The notes under the pieces were generated by a model. That model made no database searches. It saw only the letters and a list, made by a program, of their open reading frames with translations, and was not told the origin of the DNA. A stretch of 64,000 nucleotides of DNA, taken from the NCBI GenBank assembly GCA_963836185.1, contig CAWIIQ010000001.1, positions 256,001 through 320,000 of the forward strand, given 5' to 3'. Shown here piece after piece: positions 38,280 through 47,164 of this stretch (positions are counted from its first letter, which is position 1; each line of letters starts with the position of its first letter). The DNA comes from Candidatus Krumholzibacteriia bacterium. GTDB taxonomy: Bacteria; Krumholzibacteriota; Krumholzibacteriia; Krumholzibacteriales; Krumholzibacteriaceae. Position numbers and translations under genes: made by a program.

Positions 38280-41200
38280 ATGCACTCGCCGACCGATCAT
38301 AAGATAAAAAGGGCCCGTTCCCTGTGGCTCTCTCTGGCCGCCTTCTGCATACCGGCGGTCATCGCCGTCAGCATATTGCCCGGCAGGGGCGGCACGAGCA
38401 GTTCGCCTCCATCCGCTGCACCTGACTCCCTTTGCAGGATTCTTCCCGCCGGCCCGCGCCCGGTGAGGAACTGGCCTATAAATCTGAGCAACTCGATTAT
38501 ATTTGCTCCCGCAGTGGCTGATATCGACGGCGACGGCACAGATGAGCTTGCCGTCGGGGTCAAGGACTGCCGCGTCTATCTTCTCGAAGGAAACGGGAGG
38601 ATCCTTCCCGGCTGGCCCTGTGAGACGGCTGCATTCATATCCCGCGGTACGATGATGGAAGATATCGATGGGGACGGAGAGTACGAGATCGCGGCCGGAA
38701 GCAACGATGGTCTGCTGCATATGTGGCGCGAGGACGGCAGCATCGTGGAAGGATGGCCGGTCGATCTGGGAGGCAGCGCCGCATCCGCTCCCATACCGAT
38801 TCGCTCTGAGCGGCTGGAGGGCACATCGATACTTGTCTGCAACTCGCCCGGAACCGTTCATCTTCTCTCACCCGCGGGGATCGATCGCGATGGGTGGCCG
38901 AAGAGACTGCCGCAGAGTATTCAAGCGACCCATTCTGACAGGCGGCCCGCCTGGGCAGTGGACCTTGACGGCGACGGCACGGCAGAAGTCATCTGCCAGA
39001 CAACAAGACCTCCAGTGATTCACGCCTGGTACCTCAGCGGCGATGAATATCCCGGATTTCCGATCGAACTGGGAGAAGACCCGGTCATCGGCATGGCGGT
39101 CAATGATAATTCAGATCCCGGGCGTATCGCCTCTCTGACAGCATTCGAGGTCTTCCTCCGGAACCTCGATAACGGGAATGTGATATCTCTTTCCCCGGTG
39201 AGTGAGAAGGATGTTTTCTTCGCCGGCCCCTGGTTTGTTTCGTCTGGAGAGGGGGGAGACGCGAAACCGGATCTCATCCTCGCTTCGACAATGAAGGGCC
39301 GGGTATATATGTGGGATCTCGATGGCCGGCTGAAGACGGGCTGGCCGGTCGACACAGACGGATTTATCTACGGTCTCCGCGAGGATCAGGAAAACCACGA
39401 GATCTTCGGGCCGCCGATAATGGCCGATGTAGATGGAGATGGCAGGAACGAGATAATACTGGGAAGCCGAGACCACCACCTTTACTGCTTCGAGCTCGAT
39501 GGTGCTCCTGTCCCGGGCTGGCCGGTCGTCCTTGACGATTTCATCTTCAACGCGTTGACCCTCGCGCAGCTGGACGGCAAAGGTGCTGAAGAACTGGTCG
39601 TCGGCCAGGCCGGAGAGACCCTCTTCGCCTGGCATCTTGATCCGTTCCGGCCTGTAAGAGAGGCGGGCGGCAGCCCTGAACCCCGCGCGTATTCAGAATG
39701 GCCGCCTGTATACTATACTGTTGCTCTTTTTATCCTGCTCATGCTGCTTCTCCTTATGCATCTGCTCAGGATGGAACTGACAGGTCATTTCGATTCCACG
39801 GGAAGAAGACTGCGTGGTGCGCTGATCTTCTTCAGCCTCTTCCTGGTGATCAGGGCGCTCTTCTTCGCCGGCGATCTCTACAGGTACAGGACTGTGATCG
39901 ACAGGCTCGAAAAAGCTGAGACAGCTGTGAGGACAAAACTTGAAACCGAACGTGTCGAGGCGCAGAAGCTGACGGATAAGCTCGCTGTAGATCTCCGGGC
40001 CTGCAGGCCTGAGAATCTCCTGGACCCGCACAGGGCCCTGCGCTGCCTCGAGCGGCTTGCTGACCGCAATCGTCTCGAATACAGGTTCAGCGGGATTCTT
40101 ATGGCTGATCGTTCGGGGCGTGTCATCAGGGGAGTGGGCCTGGGAAGAGGATGGTTCCATCTTTCAGAGATGGGACTGGAGGAAGGCGGCGCCGAAGATC
40201 CCGTGCTCCTCGGTGATATCCCCGTCTTTGCGACCGAGAGCGGCGTCGGCCTCTCCGGCGGACAGGATACATTGCGGGTTTTTCTTCTTACGAGTCTGCT
40301 CAACAAGGTCCCGAACTCGTTGGCTGACGCGACGGGATTTTCCGCCCATATCCTTGTCGACGGGATGCCGATGGCCTGGGGAGGCGCGGGTCCGCGGCCG
40401 TTCAGGAGCCTTCGCCCCTGGCTCGGCATCGTTCAGCCTTCGAGAGAGATGTCGATCGCTCGTTCACAGGACCAGCATGAGGTTACGGTCCTTCTCGCAA
40501 AAGAGGATTTCGACCGGCCTTTCTCGCAGTGGCTCGACCTCATGGCGGTCCTGATCATGCCCTGCATCTACCTTTTTGTCGCGAGATGGCAGGGGAGCAA
40601 GGGCAAGGTCAGGTTGAAGTACTGGTGGATAATCTCGTTCGCCCTGCTATATGTCATCGCCTCTGTTCTGCTTCATCGAGGCAGACTCGATGCAGGGCCC
40701 GTTCCGGCAGCGGGACGTGTACTCGAGGTGCTGCTGCACATGGCAGGGGTCACCGGAGTCGTTGTCGCGCTGCATCGGATAGTGACCTCGCGCAGGAGCC
40801 GGCGTCTCAATTTCGCCCTGCTGGGATCTTACCTCTTCGTGAGCCTGATACCCCTGACGGTGATAATGATCGTCGGGGGGAATCTCTTTCTCGGCGTTCA
40901 GCGCGGTGTTGTCGAAAAGACGATCGAGGGGCTGGAGAAACGGGCCGACAATATGGTCCTTGCCTATGTAGGAAACATGGGATTCAACAATCTGCTCGGC
41001 AAGGCCGGACCGGAGCTTTTCGAACTTTCCACAGAGACGAGCTGGCTCAACTTTGTCGCGGAGAACCAGTACCTGTTCACCTACGACCTGCCGAGTGCCT
41101 ACATCACACTCTGGGCCAGTGACAGGAATGATCCTGACAGATTCTTCACAGGCTATTCATACACGGCTCCCCGGACCGGGAAGCTCTACTACAAAAGGCC

Positions 41201-42527
41201 AGGCTGGACAAGGGGGCAGAATGTAAAGGGCCTGTTCCTCGACAACGGCACCGCGGTGGTCAGGGCGATTCGGATGTACCGGTTCAGAGAGTATGAGATG
41301 GACCTCGTCAGCCATATCACGATAGACGACAGGATAATCAGCGAGATGGAGGACCGGCTCAGGGTGGTGCCGTTCATGCCCCGCATCCATCTCGAACCGG
41401 CCTGGCTCGAGTCGACGACCGAGAGAAGCAGGCCGGAGGGCTGGTACATCCCGTATGCCAGTGAACTGGTCCTGCAGGCGAGGGGATGGTATTCCGGCAA
41501 ACCCCGCTGGGCCATATACAGGGCGAGCATGTATATACCCGCCGGCAAAGATATGCTCAACGTCCTTGTTCCCCTGATCCTGCTGATCCTTCTTCCTCTC
41601 GGGCTCTCGTTCTGGGGGGCTTACACGACATTCAAGAGGACGGCCAGGCCTCTGACACGCCTGCTGACAGGTATCAGGCGCGTGGGGCAGGGCGACCTCG
41701 AGTACCGACTCGGGGAGTCGGGACAGTCGGAGATAGGGCTCGCGGCCCGCTCGTTCGATACGATGGCGGCGAGTCTAGAGGAGACGATCGATGAGCTCGC
41801 CGCGAAGAAGAAGGTCGAGGAGGTAAGCGAGCTGAAGAGCCACTTCATCTCGATGGTGAGCCACGATCTGAAGACGCCGCTCTCATCGATAAAGGGAGCG
41901 ACCGAGAATATCCTCGAGGAAGTCGCCGGGCCGGTGACGGACCGCCAGCGCCGGTACCTGGAGATGATAATAAAAAGCAGCGGTGACCTTCAGAGGATGA
42001 TCACCGATCTGCTCGATCTGTCCCGTATCGAGAGCGGACGGCTGACACTCGATATAGAGCCGCTCGATATACGGCGCGAGGCGGAGGACCTGCTGCGCTC
42101 AATCGCTCCCCTGCTCGAGAGGGAGGAAATGACCGGTCTGCTGAAAATCACCGCGGAAGAGACGATCGTGCAGGGAGACAGGACGAGAGTATGGCAGATC
42201 CTCAACAATGTCGTCTCGAACGCCATCCGTCATTCGCCCGAGGGAGGGAGTGTCGAGATAAGGATAGATGATATCCAGGTCGATGAGACTGACGGCCGGC
42301 GAATGCTGCGGGTATCGGTCAGAGATGAGGGACCCGGTATCGATGATGAGGATGCGGCGAAGCTGTTCGAACCATTCTTCTACCGGTCGTCGGGAAGGGC
42401 AGGTGCCCACGGTGCCGGGCTAGGCCTCGCTATCGTCAAGCAGCTCGTCGAACTTCATGGTGGGTCAGTATCGCTGAAAAGCGCCATGGCAGGTGGCGCT
42501 GTCTTCTCCTTCACCCTTCCTGTCTGA
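38280..42527 (+). CDS. Large membrane sensor histidine kinase with extracellular FG-GAP/'GWP' repeats, multi-TM region, HAMP, HisKA and HATPase
   Basis: DIDGDG..E repeats with PGWP; several TM helices; SMVSHDLKTPL, NNVVSNA, DEGPGI, GAGLGL. Confidence 0.9.
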   Translation: MHSPTDHKIKRARSLWLSLAAFCIPAVIAVSILPGRGGTSSSPPSAAPDSLCRILPAGPRPVRNWPINLSNSIIFAPAVADIDGDGTDELAVGVKDCRVYLLEGNGRILPGWPCETAAFISRGTMMEDIDGDGEYEIAAGSNDGLLHMWREDGSIVEGWPVDLGGSAASAPIPIRSERLEGTSILVCNSPGTVHLLSPAGIDRDGWPKRLPQSIQATHSDRRPAWAVDLDGDGTAEVICQTTRPPVIHAWYLSGDEYPGFPIELGEDPVIGMAVNDNSDPGRIASLTAFEVFLRNLDNGNVISLSPVSEKDVFFAGPWFVSSGEGGDAKPDLILASTMKGRVYMWDLDGRLKTGWPVDTDGFIYGLREDQENHEIFGPPIMADVDGDGRNEIILGSRDHHLYCFELDGAPVPGWPVVLDDFIFNALTLAQLDGKGAEELVVGQAGETLFAWHLDPFRPVREAGGSPEPRAYSEWPPVYYTVALFILLMLLLLMHLLRMELTGHFDSTGRRLRGALIFFSLFLVIRALFFAGDLYRYRTVIDRLEKAETAVRTKLETERVEAQKLTDKLAVDLRACRPENLLDPHRALRCLERLADRNRLEYRFSGILMADRSGRVIRGVGLGRGWFHLSEMGLEEGGAEDPVLLGDIPVFATESGVGLSGGQDTLRVFLLTSLLNKVPNSLADATGFSAHILVDGMPMAWGGAGPRPFRSLRPWLGIVQPSREMSIARSQDQHEVTVLLAKEDFDRPFSQWLDLMAVLIMPCIYLFVARWQGSKGKVRLKYWWIISFALLYVIASVLLHRGRLDAGPVPAAGRVLEVLLHMAGVTGVVVALHRIVTSRRSRRLNFALLGSYLFVSLIPLTVIMIVGGNLFLGVQRGVVEKTIEGLEKRADNMVLAYVGNMGFNNLLGKAGPELFELSTETSWLNFVAENQYLFTYDLPSAYITLWASDRNDPDRFFTGYSYTAPRTGKLYYKRPGWTRGQNVKGLFLDNGTAVVRAIRMYRFREYEMDLVSHITIDDRIISEMEDRLRVVPFMPRIHLEPAWLESTTERSRPEGWYIPYASELVLQARGWYSGKPRWAIYRASMYIPAGKDMLNVLVPLILLILLPLGLSFWGAYTTFKRTARPLTRLLTGIRRVGQGDLEYRLGESGQSEIGLAARSFDTMAASLEETIDELAAKKKVEEVSELKSHFISMVSHDLKTPLSSIKGATENILEEVAGPVTDRQRRYLEMIIKSSGDLQRMITDLLDLSRIESGRLTLDIEPLDIRREAEDLLRSIAPLLEREEMTGLLKITAEETIVQGDRTRVWQILNNVVSNAIRHSPEGGSVEIRIDDIQVDETDGRRMLRVSVRDEGPGIDDEDAAKLFEPFFYRSSGRAGAHGAGLGLAIVKQLVELHGGSVSLKSAMAGGAVFSFTLPV

Positions 42528-42584
42528 ACAGGGCTTTTCCCTAAAAAAAGGTGTACATCCGGGTTGCGATAGAGGCATAATCGC

Positions 42585-42722
42585 TGCGCATAAATTGCGC
42601 GGCAAGTGGATGGAAGATTGCCGTAAAATCGCGATACGTGAAATACCTTGGATGACAACTGACTTATTGACAGCATGTTATAAAAGCAGTCCGGCTGATG
42701 TCGTGATGGTATGCTATGTGCA
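42585..42722 (+). promoter_or_regulatory. Sigma54 promoter plus activator box upstream of the response regulator (probable autoregulation)
   Basis: TGCGCATAAATTGCGCG (42585-601) and TGGTATGCTATGTGCA (GG 42708-09, GC 42720-21). Confidence 0.6.
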
Positions 42723-42774
42723 GTATATGTGAGTTCGATTCCATGGAAATCATGACGGAACGGATGTCAGCAAG

Positions 42775-44148
42775 ATGCCTGAAAAAGGGATAAACGGAGC
42801 GGCACGGATACTCGTCGTCGAGGACGATGAGAGTCTGCGGATGATCATAACCGACCGCCTCGCCGATATGGGATACCGGGTAAGCCAGGCCTCGAGTCTC
42901 AGGGAGGCTTTCGAGGAACTCGACAGGGAGAGCTGCCAGCTTGTTCTGCTCGATATTTTCCTGCCCGATCAGAGCGGGCTCGAGGGGCTGAAAGAGATGC
43001 GCGGCATATTCCCGTCAATGCCGGTGCTCGTCATGACCGCTCACGGAACGATCGACATGGCGGTCGAGGCTATGAGGGAAGGCGCCTACGAGTTCGTCAC
43101 AAAGCCGCTCGATTTCAAGCGCCTCGGGGTCCTCGTTCAGAGGGCGATCGAGAGCTTCCAGCTCAGGACAGAGGTAGATTATCTCAGGCGCGCGGCCGAT
43201 GAGCCTTTTACCCTGATAGTCGGCGAGAGGACAGGGTTGAGAAGCGTCATGGAACTTGTCCGGCAGGTTGCTGATTCCGACTCGACAGTACTTCTGCGTG
43301 GAGAGACCGGGACGGGGAAGGAAGTGGTCGCCAGAAAGATATGCAGGCTCTCCAAAAGGGGGAAAAAGCCGTTTGTCGTGGCGAACAGCGCGGCGATTCC
43401 GAGGGACCTGATGGAGAGCGAGATGTTCGGCCACGTCAAGGGTTCCTTCACCGGCGCTATCGCAGACAGGGCCGGGGTCTTTGAGACTGCCGGCGACGGT
43501 ACCCTTCTACTCGACGAGATAGGCGATCTCGATTACAACCTGCAGGCAAAGATCCTCAGGGTCCTCGAGGATGGTTCATTCAGGAGGATCGGGGCGAAGG
43601 CGCCGCAGAGCAGCCGGGCCCGGATACTTGCTTCGACCCATCAGAACCTTGAAAGACTGATCGAGGAGAAACGTTTCAGGGAGGACCTTTACTATCGTCT
43701 CAATGTATTTCCGATCACGATCCCACCTCTGCGCCACAGGCGTGAGGACATCCCCGATTTCGCGAAATTCTTCCTGCAGCTCGCTACGAGGGGCGGCCGT
43801 GGCGGATTGACGGAGATCAGCGATGACGCGATCGACGTGCTGGTCGATTATCCATGGCCGGGAAATGTGCGCGAGTTGAAGAACCTGATGGAACGGCTCG
43901 CGATTACGATGTCGGGGCGCACGATAAAAGCCGATGATGCCAGGACGTATCTCGGGCAGGCGAGGATCGCAAAGCCGGAGATCGTGGTGCGGCCCATGGT
44001 AGAACTAGAAAAACAGGCGATCATCGAGGCGCTCGACAAGTACAACGGCAATCGTACCATAGCCGCCGCAGCTCTCGGAATCAGCAGGCGCACACTTCAG
44101 AACAAGCTCAAGTCGTACGGCATGCCCGATTACGGAAACACCGGTTGA
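42775..44148 (+). CDS. Sigma54-dependent response regulator (NtrC/AtoC/ZraR-like)
   Basis: ILVVEDD, LLDIFLPD, GETGTGKE, ESEMFGHVKGSFTGA, LLDEIG, FREDLYYRLNV, WPGNVREL, Fis HTH. Confidence 0.95.
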   Translation: MPEKGINGAARILVVEDDESLRMIITDRLADMGYRVSQASSLREAFEELDRESCQLVLLDIFLPDQSGLEGLKEMRGIFPSMPVLVMTAHGTIDMAVEAMREGAYEFVTKPLDFKRLGVLVQRAIESFQLRTEVDYLRRAADEPFTLIVGERTGLRSVMELVRQVADSDSTVLLRGETGTGKEVVARKICRLSKRGKKPFVVANSAAIPRDLMESEMFGHVKGSFTGAIADRAGVFETAGDGTLLLDEIGDLDYNLQAKILRVLEDGSFRRIGAKAPQSSRARILASTHQNLERLIEEKRFREDLYYRLNVFPITIPPLRHRREDIPDFAKFFLQLATRGGRGGLTEISDDAIDVLVDYPWPGNVRELKNLMERLAITMSGRTIKADDARTYLGQARIAKPEIVVRPMVELEKQAIIEALDKYNGNRTIAAAALGISRRTLQNKLKSYGMPDYGNTG

Positions 44149-44180
44149 CATATATCACAGCTCTGTAAACAGGCGTTAAC

Positions 44181-44319
44181 TGCGCAGATGTTGCGCATTA
44201 GTGCGTATATTCTGCGCACCATTTCACCCCTCCAGCCGGATGCCCATATAGTTAATACATTGATAACAAATCGGTTAACATCTTGTGAAACTCTTGCTGT
44301 TTTTGGAACGAAGGATGCA
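44181..44319 (+). promoter_or_regulatory. Complete sigma54 enhancer-dependent promoter (two activator boxes, IHF site, -24/-12)
   Basis: TGCGCAGATGTTGCGCA (44181-97), TGCGTATATTCTGCGCA (44202-18), IHF consensus TAATACATTGATA (44253-65), TGGAACGAAGGATGCA (GG 44305-06, GC 44317-18). Confidence 0.8.
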
Positions 44320-44330
44320 TATACAGTATT

Positions 44331-44460
44331 GCCAGCAAAGTGCGAACCGGGGGGGATACTTGGTTTGCAATATACTCTTGCTAAGATAAGCGGAAGAGGT
44401 GAGCACCGGGGTTGTTGTGGAATGGCCGGGTACCTGCAATGGGACCCGGCCTTTCTTTGT
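44331..44460 (+). ncRNA. Candidate sigma54-dependent small RNA (~130 nt)
   Basis: Bounded by the sigma54 promoter and an intrinsic terminator. 5' hairpin TGCGAACC-GGGGGGGATACTT-GGTTTGCA. No credible ORF, and the next gene is convergent. Confidence 0.65.
44424..44460 (+). terminator. Intrinsic terminator of the candidate sRNA
   Basis: GGCCGGGT...ACCCGGCC followed by TTTCTTTGT. Confidence 0.75.
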
Positions 44461-44507
44461 CTCATCGCCGGCATTGCCGGTCGACCCGTCATCTGATCAT
44501 TTCACGA

Positions 44508-46934
44508 TCACCTCAACAGGATCATCTTCTTCGTCTCTTCGAAATCACCCGCACGCAGCCTGTAGAAGTAGACGCCGCTGGCCGTGTCTGTCCCGTTCCG
44601 GTCCTTTCCGTTCCATGCGGCGGCGTACTTACCGGCAGACCTCGATCCGTCGATAAGTGTCGCGACGAGTCTTCCCGCCGCATCGTAAATGCTCAGCCTC
44701 ACATGTCCCTTCTTTTTGAGACCGAACGTGATAATCGTGTTCGGGTTGAACGGGTTGGGATAGTTTTGCGCGAGGAATGTCGCTTCGGGCACGGGCATCG
44801 GGTCGCCGCCGGTGACATCGGAAGGTCCTGTCATGGCGAAAGGTCCCTCGTTGCCATGGATATCGACGGCATTGATCTTGTACCAGTACCCTGCTTCCCA
44901 TGTCCAGTCATCGTCGAACAGTTCCTCTTCTTTGGTCGATGTAAGATAGTTTCCCGGTGCGGGGACGAAATCGCTCGAGGTCCCCCGGTAGATGCTGTAG
45001 GCGATGACATCTTCTTCTTCGTTCGGATCCCAGGTCAGCGCCATTCCTTCCGGCGAAAATGACTGTGTGCCGGCCAGGCCTGTCGGCGCGAGTGGGGCGA
45101 GGTTGTCGACCGAGTACCCACTGTCCGGATCTGATATCCAGAAGAGATAAGGATCGGCAGTGTGCGCTATCACCTGGAAATAATGCAGGTCCCAGGCAAC
45201 GGCGGTTGAGTCGAAAAGGGTCTCGGCTGCGTAGGAATACTGCTCCAGGTAATAGGCGGGAGCGATGCCGACAAGCTGCCAGTAGAATTCGTCGTCGTAA
45301 AGTGTCGAAGATCTGAGCACGGGGCGGTCGATCTCCCCCGGATTAAGCCCGGACAGTTCAGCCGGGCTGCCGAGAAGATGCGCTCCTTTCTCGATCATAG
45401 TCAGCGCGGGCGGCAGTTCGATGGCTCGCCATATAGTGTATTCAGTTATCATGTGTGCGAGTACATCGGCTGGTGACGCGTCCCAGGCTACGACTACGCG
45501 GCCGCCTTCATCACCCGGAACATCGGTCACTGAGTGGATGGCGGGCGGCCGGTTCGCGGTCCTTCCGGATGCATCTATCTGCTGGATGTAGAGATCTTCA
45601 TTGCCGTTTCTTTCATCCACCCACAGTATTATCGCACCGCCTCCGCCGTCACCGGTCAGCTTCGGAATCTTCTGATTCCCGACCGACGTGCATACAGCGA
45701 CACCGTTCATGGTCCAGCGAACAGTTCCCGAAGCGTCGATCCGCTGAGCATAGATGTCATCATCGCTGTTTCTCTCATCGTGCCATGTCAGGATGGCTCC
45801 CCCGGCATCGTCCGATATGATCTGGATGGTATTCTGGGTGCCTGGATCCGTACATACGGGGACTCCATCGGCGGTCCACAGGGACGTTCCCGAAGAATTG
45901 ATCCGCTGTACATAAACGTCATTGTTCCCGTTTCGGTAGTCCTGCCATGTCACGATCGCTCCGTTTGCTCCATCGGAAACGAGATATGTGATCGACTGGT
46001 GAAGTGGTGCTCCGGACACCAGGACTCCATCAGTTGCCCAGAGCACGGTGCCTGCCGCATCGAATCGTTGAGCATAGACGTCATAGGTATAGGAACGATA
46101 ATCATGCCAAACGACGATCGCTCCATCGACTCCATCCGATATTACCTGAGGGGAGAACTGGTTATGATTTGCCGTGCATACGGGGACGCCGGCAGCTCCC
46201 CACTGGATGGTCCCGTTGAAATCGATCCGTTGAATATAGAGATCCTGGTACGATGCCGGGCGCTGGTCCTCCCAGACGATAAATGCACCTCCAGCGCCAT
46301 CAGGCCCTATCTGTATTTTAAACTGTCCCGAGGGGTCAGAGCATATTTGAACGCCGTTCAATGTCCATTGAGGTGCACCGGATTCGTTTAACCTCTGTGC
46401 ATACGCTCTGTAATATCCGTTTCTCCAGTCATGCCATACTATGATCGCCCCGCCCTGCGTATCTGAGATGATCAAAGGCGTTTTCTGGTTCCCGGTGATA
46501 GTACACACAGGAAGCCCGACAGCGGTCCACAGCATGTTACCCTGGCCGTCGATTCTCTGGGCGTATATGTCGATATCACTGTTCCTGGTGTCCTCCCATG
46601 TGACGATCGCTCCGTCAACTCCATCCCTGATGACCTGGGGGTAATTCTGGCTCAGGCTCGCTGTGCTGAGTATGATGCCGTCAGCCGTCCACAGGGCATT
46701 TCCCCCGGCATCGATCCGTTGGATATATACATCGTTGTTGACCCCGGCCCTTTCGTCGTACCAGACAGCGAACGCTCCCGCTGCCCCGTCAGGGGCCACT
46801 TGCTGGGTATTCTGGTCATTGATCGCTGTACAGACCGGTGTTCCCTGGTCGGTCCAGAATGCATGCAGCGACGGCATGGCGACCAGTGATGAAAAGAGAA
46901 TGACAAGGAACAGAGTCCTGGATGTCCTGCTCAT
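44508..46934 (-). CDS. DGxGGA/DIYAQR repeat protein (paralog C) with FlgD-Ig CTD
   Basis: AGGAGG SD, signal peptide, regular repeats; QNYPNPFNP...KKMILLR. Confidence 0.85.
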   Translation of the reverse strand: MSRTSRTLFLVILFSSLVAMPSLHAFWTDQGTPVCTAINDQNTQQVAPDGAAGAFAVWYDERAGVNNDVYIQRIDAGGNALWTADGIILSTASLSQNYPQVIRDGVDGAIVTWEDTRNSDIDIYAQRIDGQGNMLWTAVGLPVCTITGNQKTPLIISDTQGGAIIVWHDWRNGYYRAYAQRLNESGAPQWTLNGVQICSDPSGQFKIQIGPDGAGGAFIVWEDQRPASYQDLYIQRIDFNGTIQWGAAGVPVCTANHNQFSPQVISDGVDGAIVVWHDYRSYTYDVYAQRFDAAGTVLWATDGVLVSGAPLHQSITYLVSDGANGAIVTWQDYRNGNNDVYVQRINSSGTSLWTADGVPVCTDPGTQNTIQIISDDAGGAILTWHDERNSDDDIYAQRIDASGTVRWTMNGVAVCTSVGNQKIPKLTGDGGGGAIILWVDERNGNEDLYIQQIDASGRTANRPPAIHSVTDVPGDEGGRVVVAWDASPADVLAHMITEYTIWRAIELPPALTMIEKGAHLLGSPAELSGLNPGEIDRPVLRSSTLYDDEFYWQLVGIAPAYYLEQYSYAAETLFDSTAVAWDLHYFQVIAHTADPYLFWISDPDSGYSVDNLAPLAPTGLAGTQSFSPEGMALTWDPNEEEDVIAYSIYRGTSSDFVPAPGNYLTSTKEEELFDDDWTWEAGYWYKINAVDIHGNEGPFAMTGPSDVTGGDPMPVPEATFLAQNYPNPFNPNTIITFGLKKKGHVRLSIYDAAGRLVATLIDGSRSAGKYAAAWNGKDRNGTDTASGVYFYRLRAGDFEETKKMILLR

Positions 46935-46947
46935 GACAGTTCCTCCT

Positions 46948-47007
46948 TCAGAAGATGGATATAAGAGATCCCTGAGCGGGTAAAACGACAAAAGACAGCC
47001 GATTCAC
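46948..47007 (-). CDS. Candidate 19-aa leader peptide (MNRLSFVVLPAQGSLISIF)
   Basis: AAGGAGGT SD 6 nt before GTG; its TGA abuts the SD of paralog C. Confidence 0.4.
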   Translation of the reverse strand: MNRLSFVVLPAQGSLISIF

Positions 47008-47068
47008 AGCCGGACCTCCTTGAGAAGAACGAGTTATTTTTGAAATTTGTCCCGTAGTATTCAACTGG

Positions 47069-47097
47069 ATTATATCACAGATCTTTACAGAATTCAA
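47069..47097 (-). promoter_or_regulatory. Sigma70 promoter for the leader peptide and paralog C
   Basis: TTGAAT-17 nt-TATAAT with an extended TG. Confidence 0.7.
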
Positions 47098-47100
47098 AGA

Positions 47101-47133
47101 ATCGCCGGGACCCTTGAGCAGGATCCCGGCGAT
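47101..47133 (-). terminator. Intrinsic terminator after the C39-like gene
   Basis: ATCGCCGGGA...TCCCGGCGAT stem, followed by TCTTT on the minus strand. Confidence 0.65.
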
Positions 47134-47164
47134 ATGGTTATTCAGCCTTTTCTTTCCGCCGTGA

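Noticed and set aside
38124-38861. 1145-aa version of paralog B, and the long 5' extensions of the ORFs at 9020, 10654 and 1329
   Set aside because: The extensions overlap neighbouring genes, while SD sites and signal peptides mark downstream starts
44399-44656. Small ORFs overlapping the candidate sRNA (44188..44496, 44399..44656, 44412..45062)
   Set aside because: They start upstream of the predicted TSS or run through the terminator into the convergent gene, and they lack recognisable protein features
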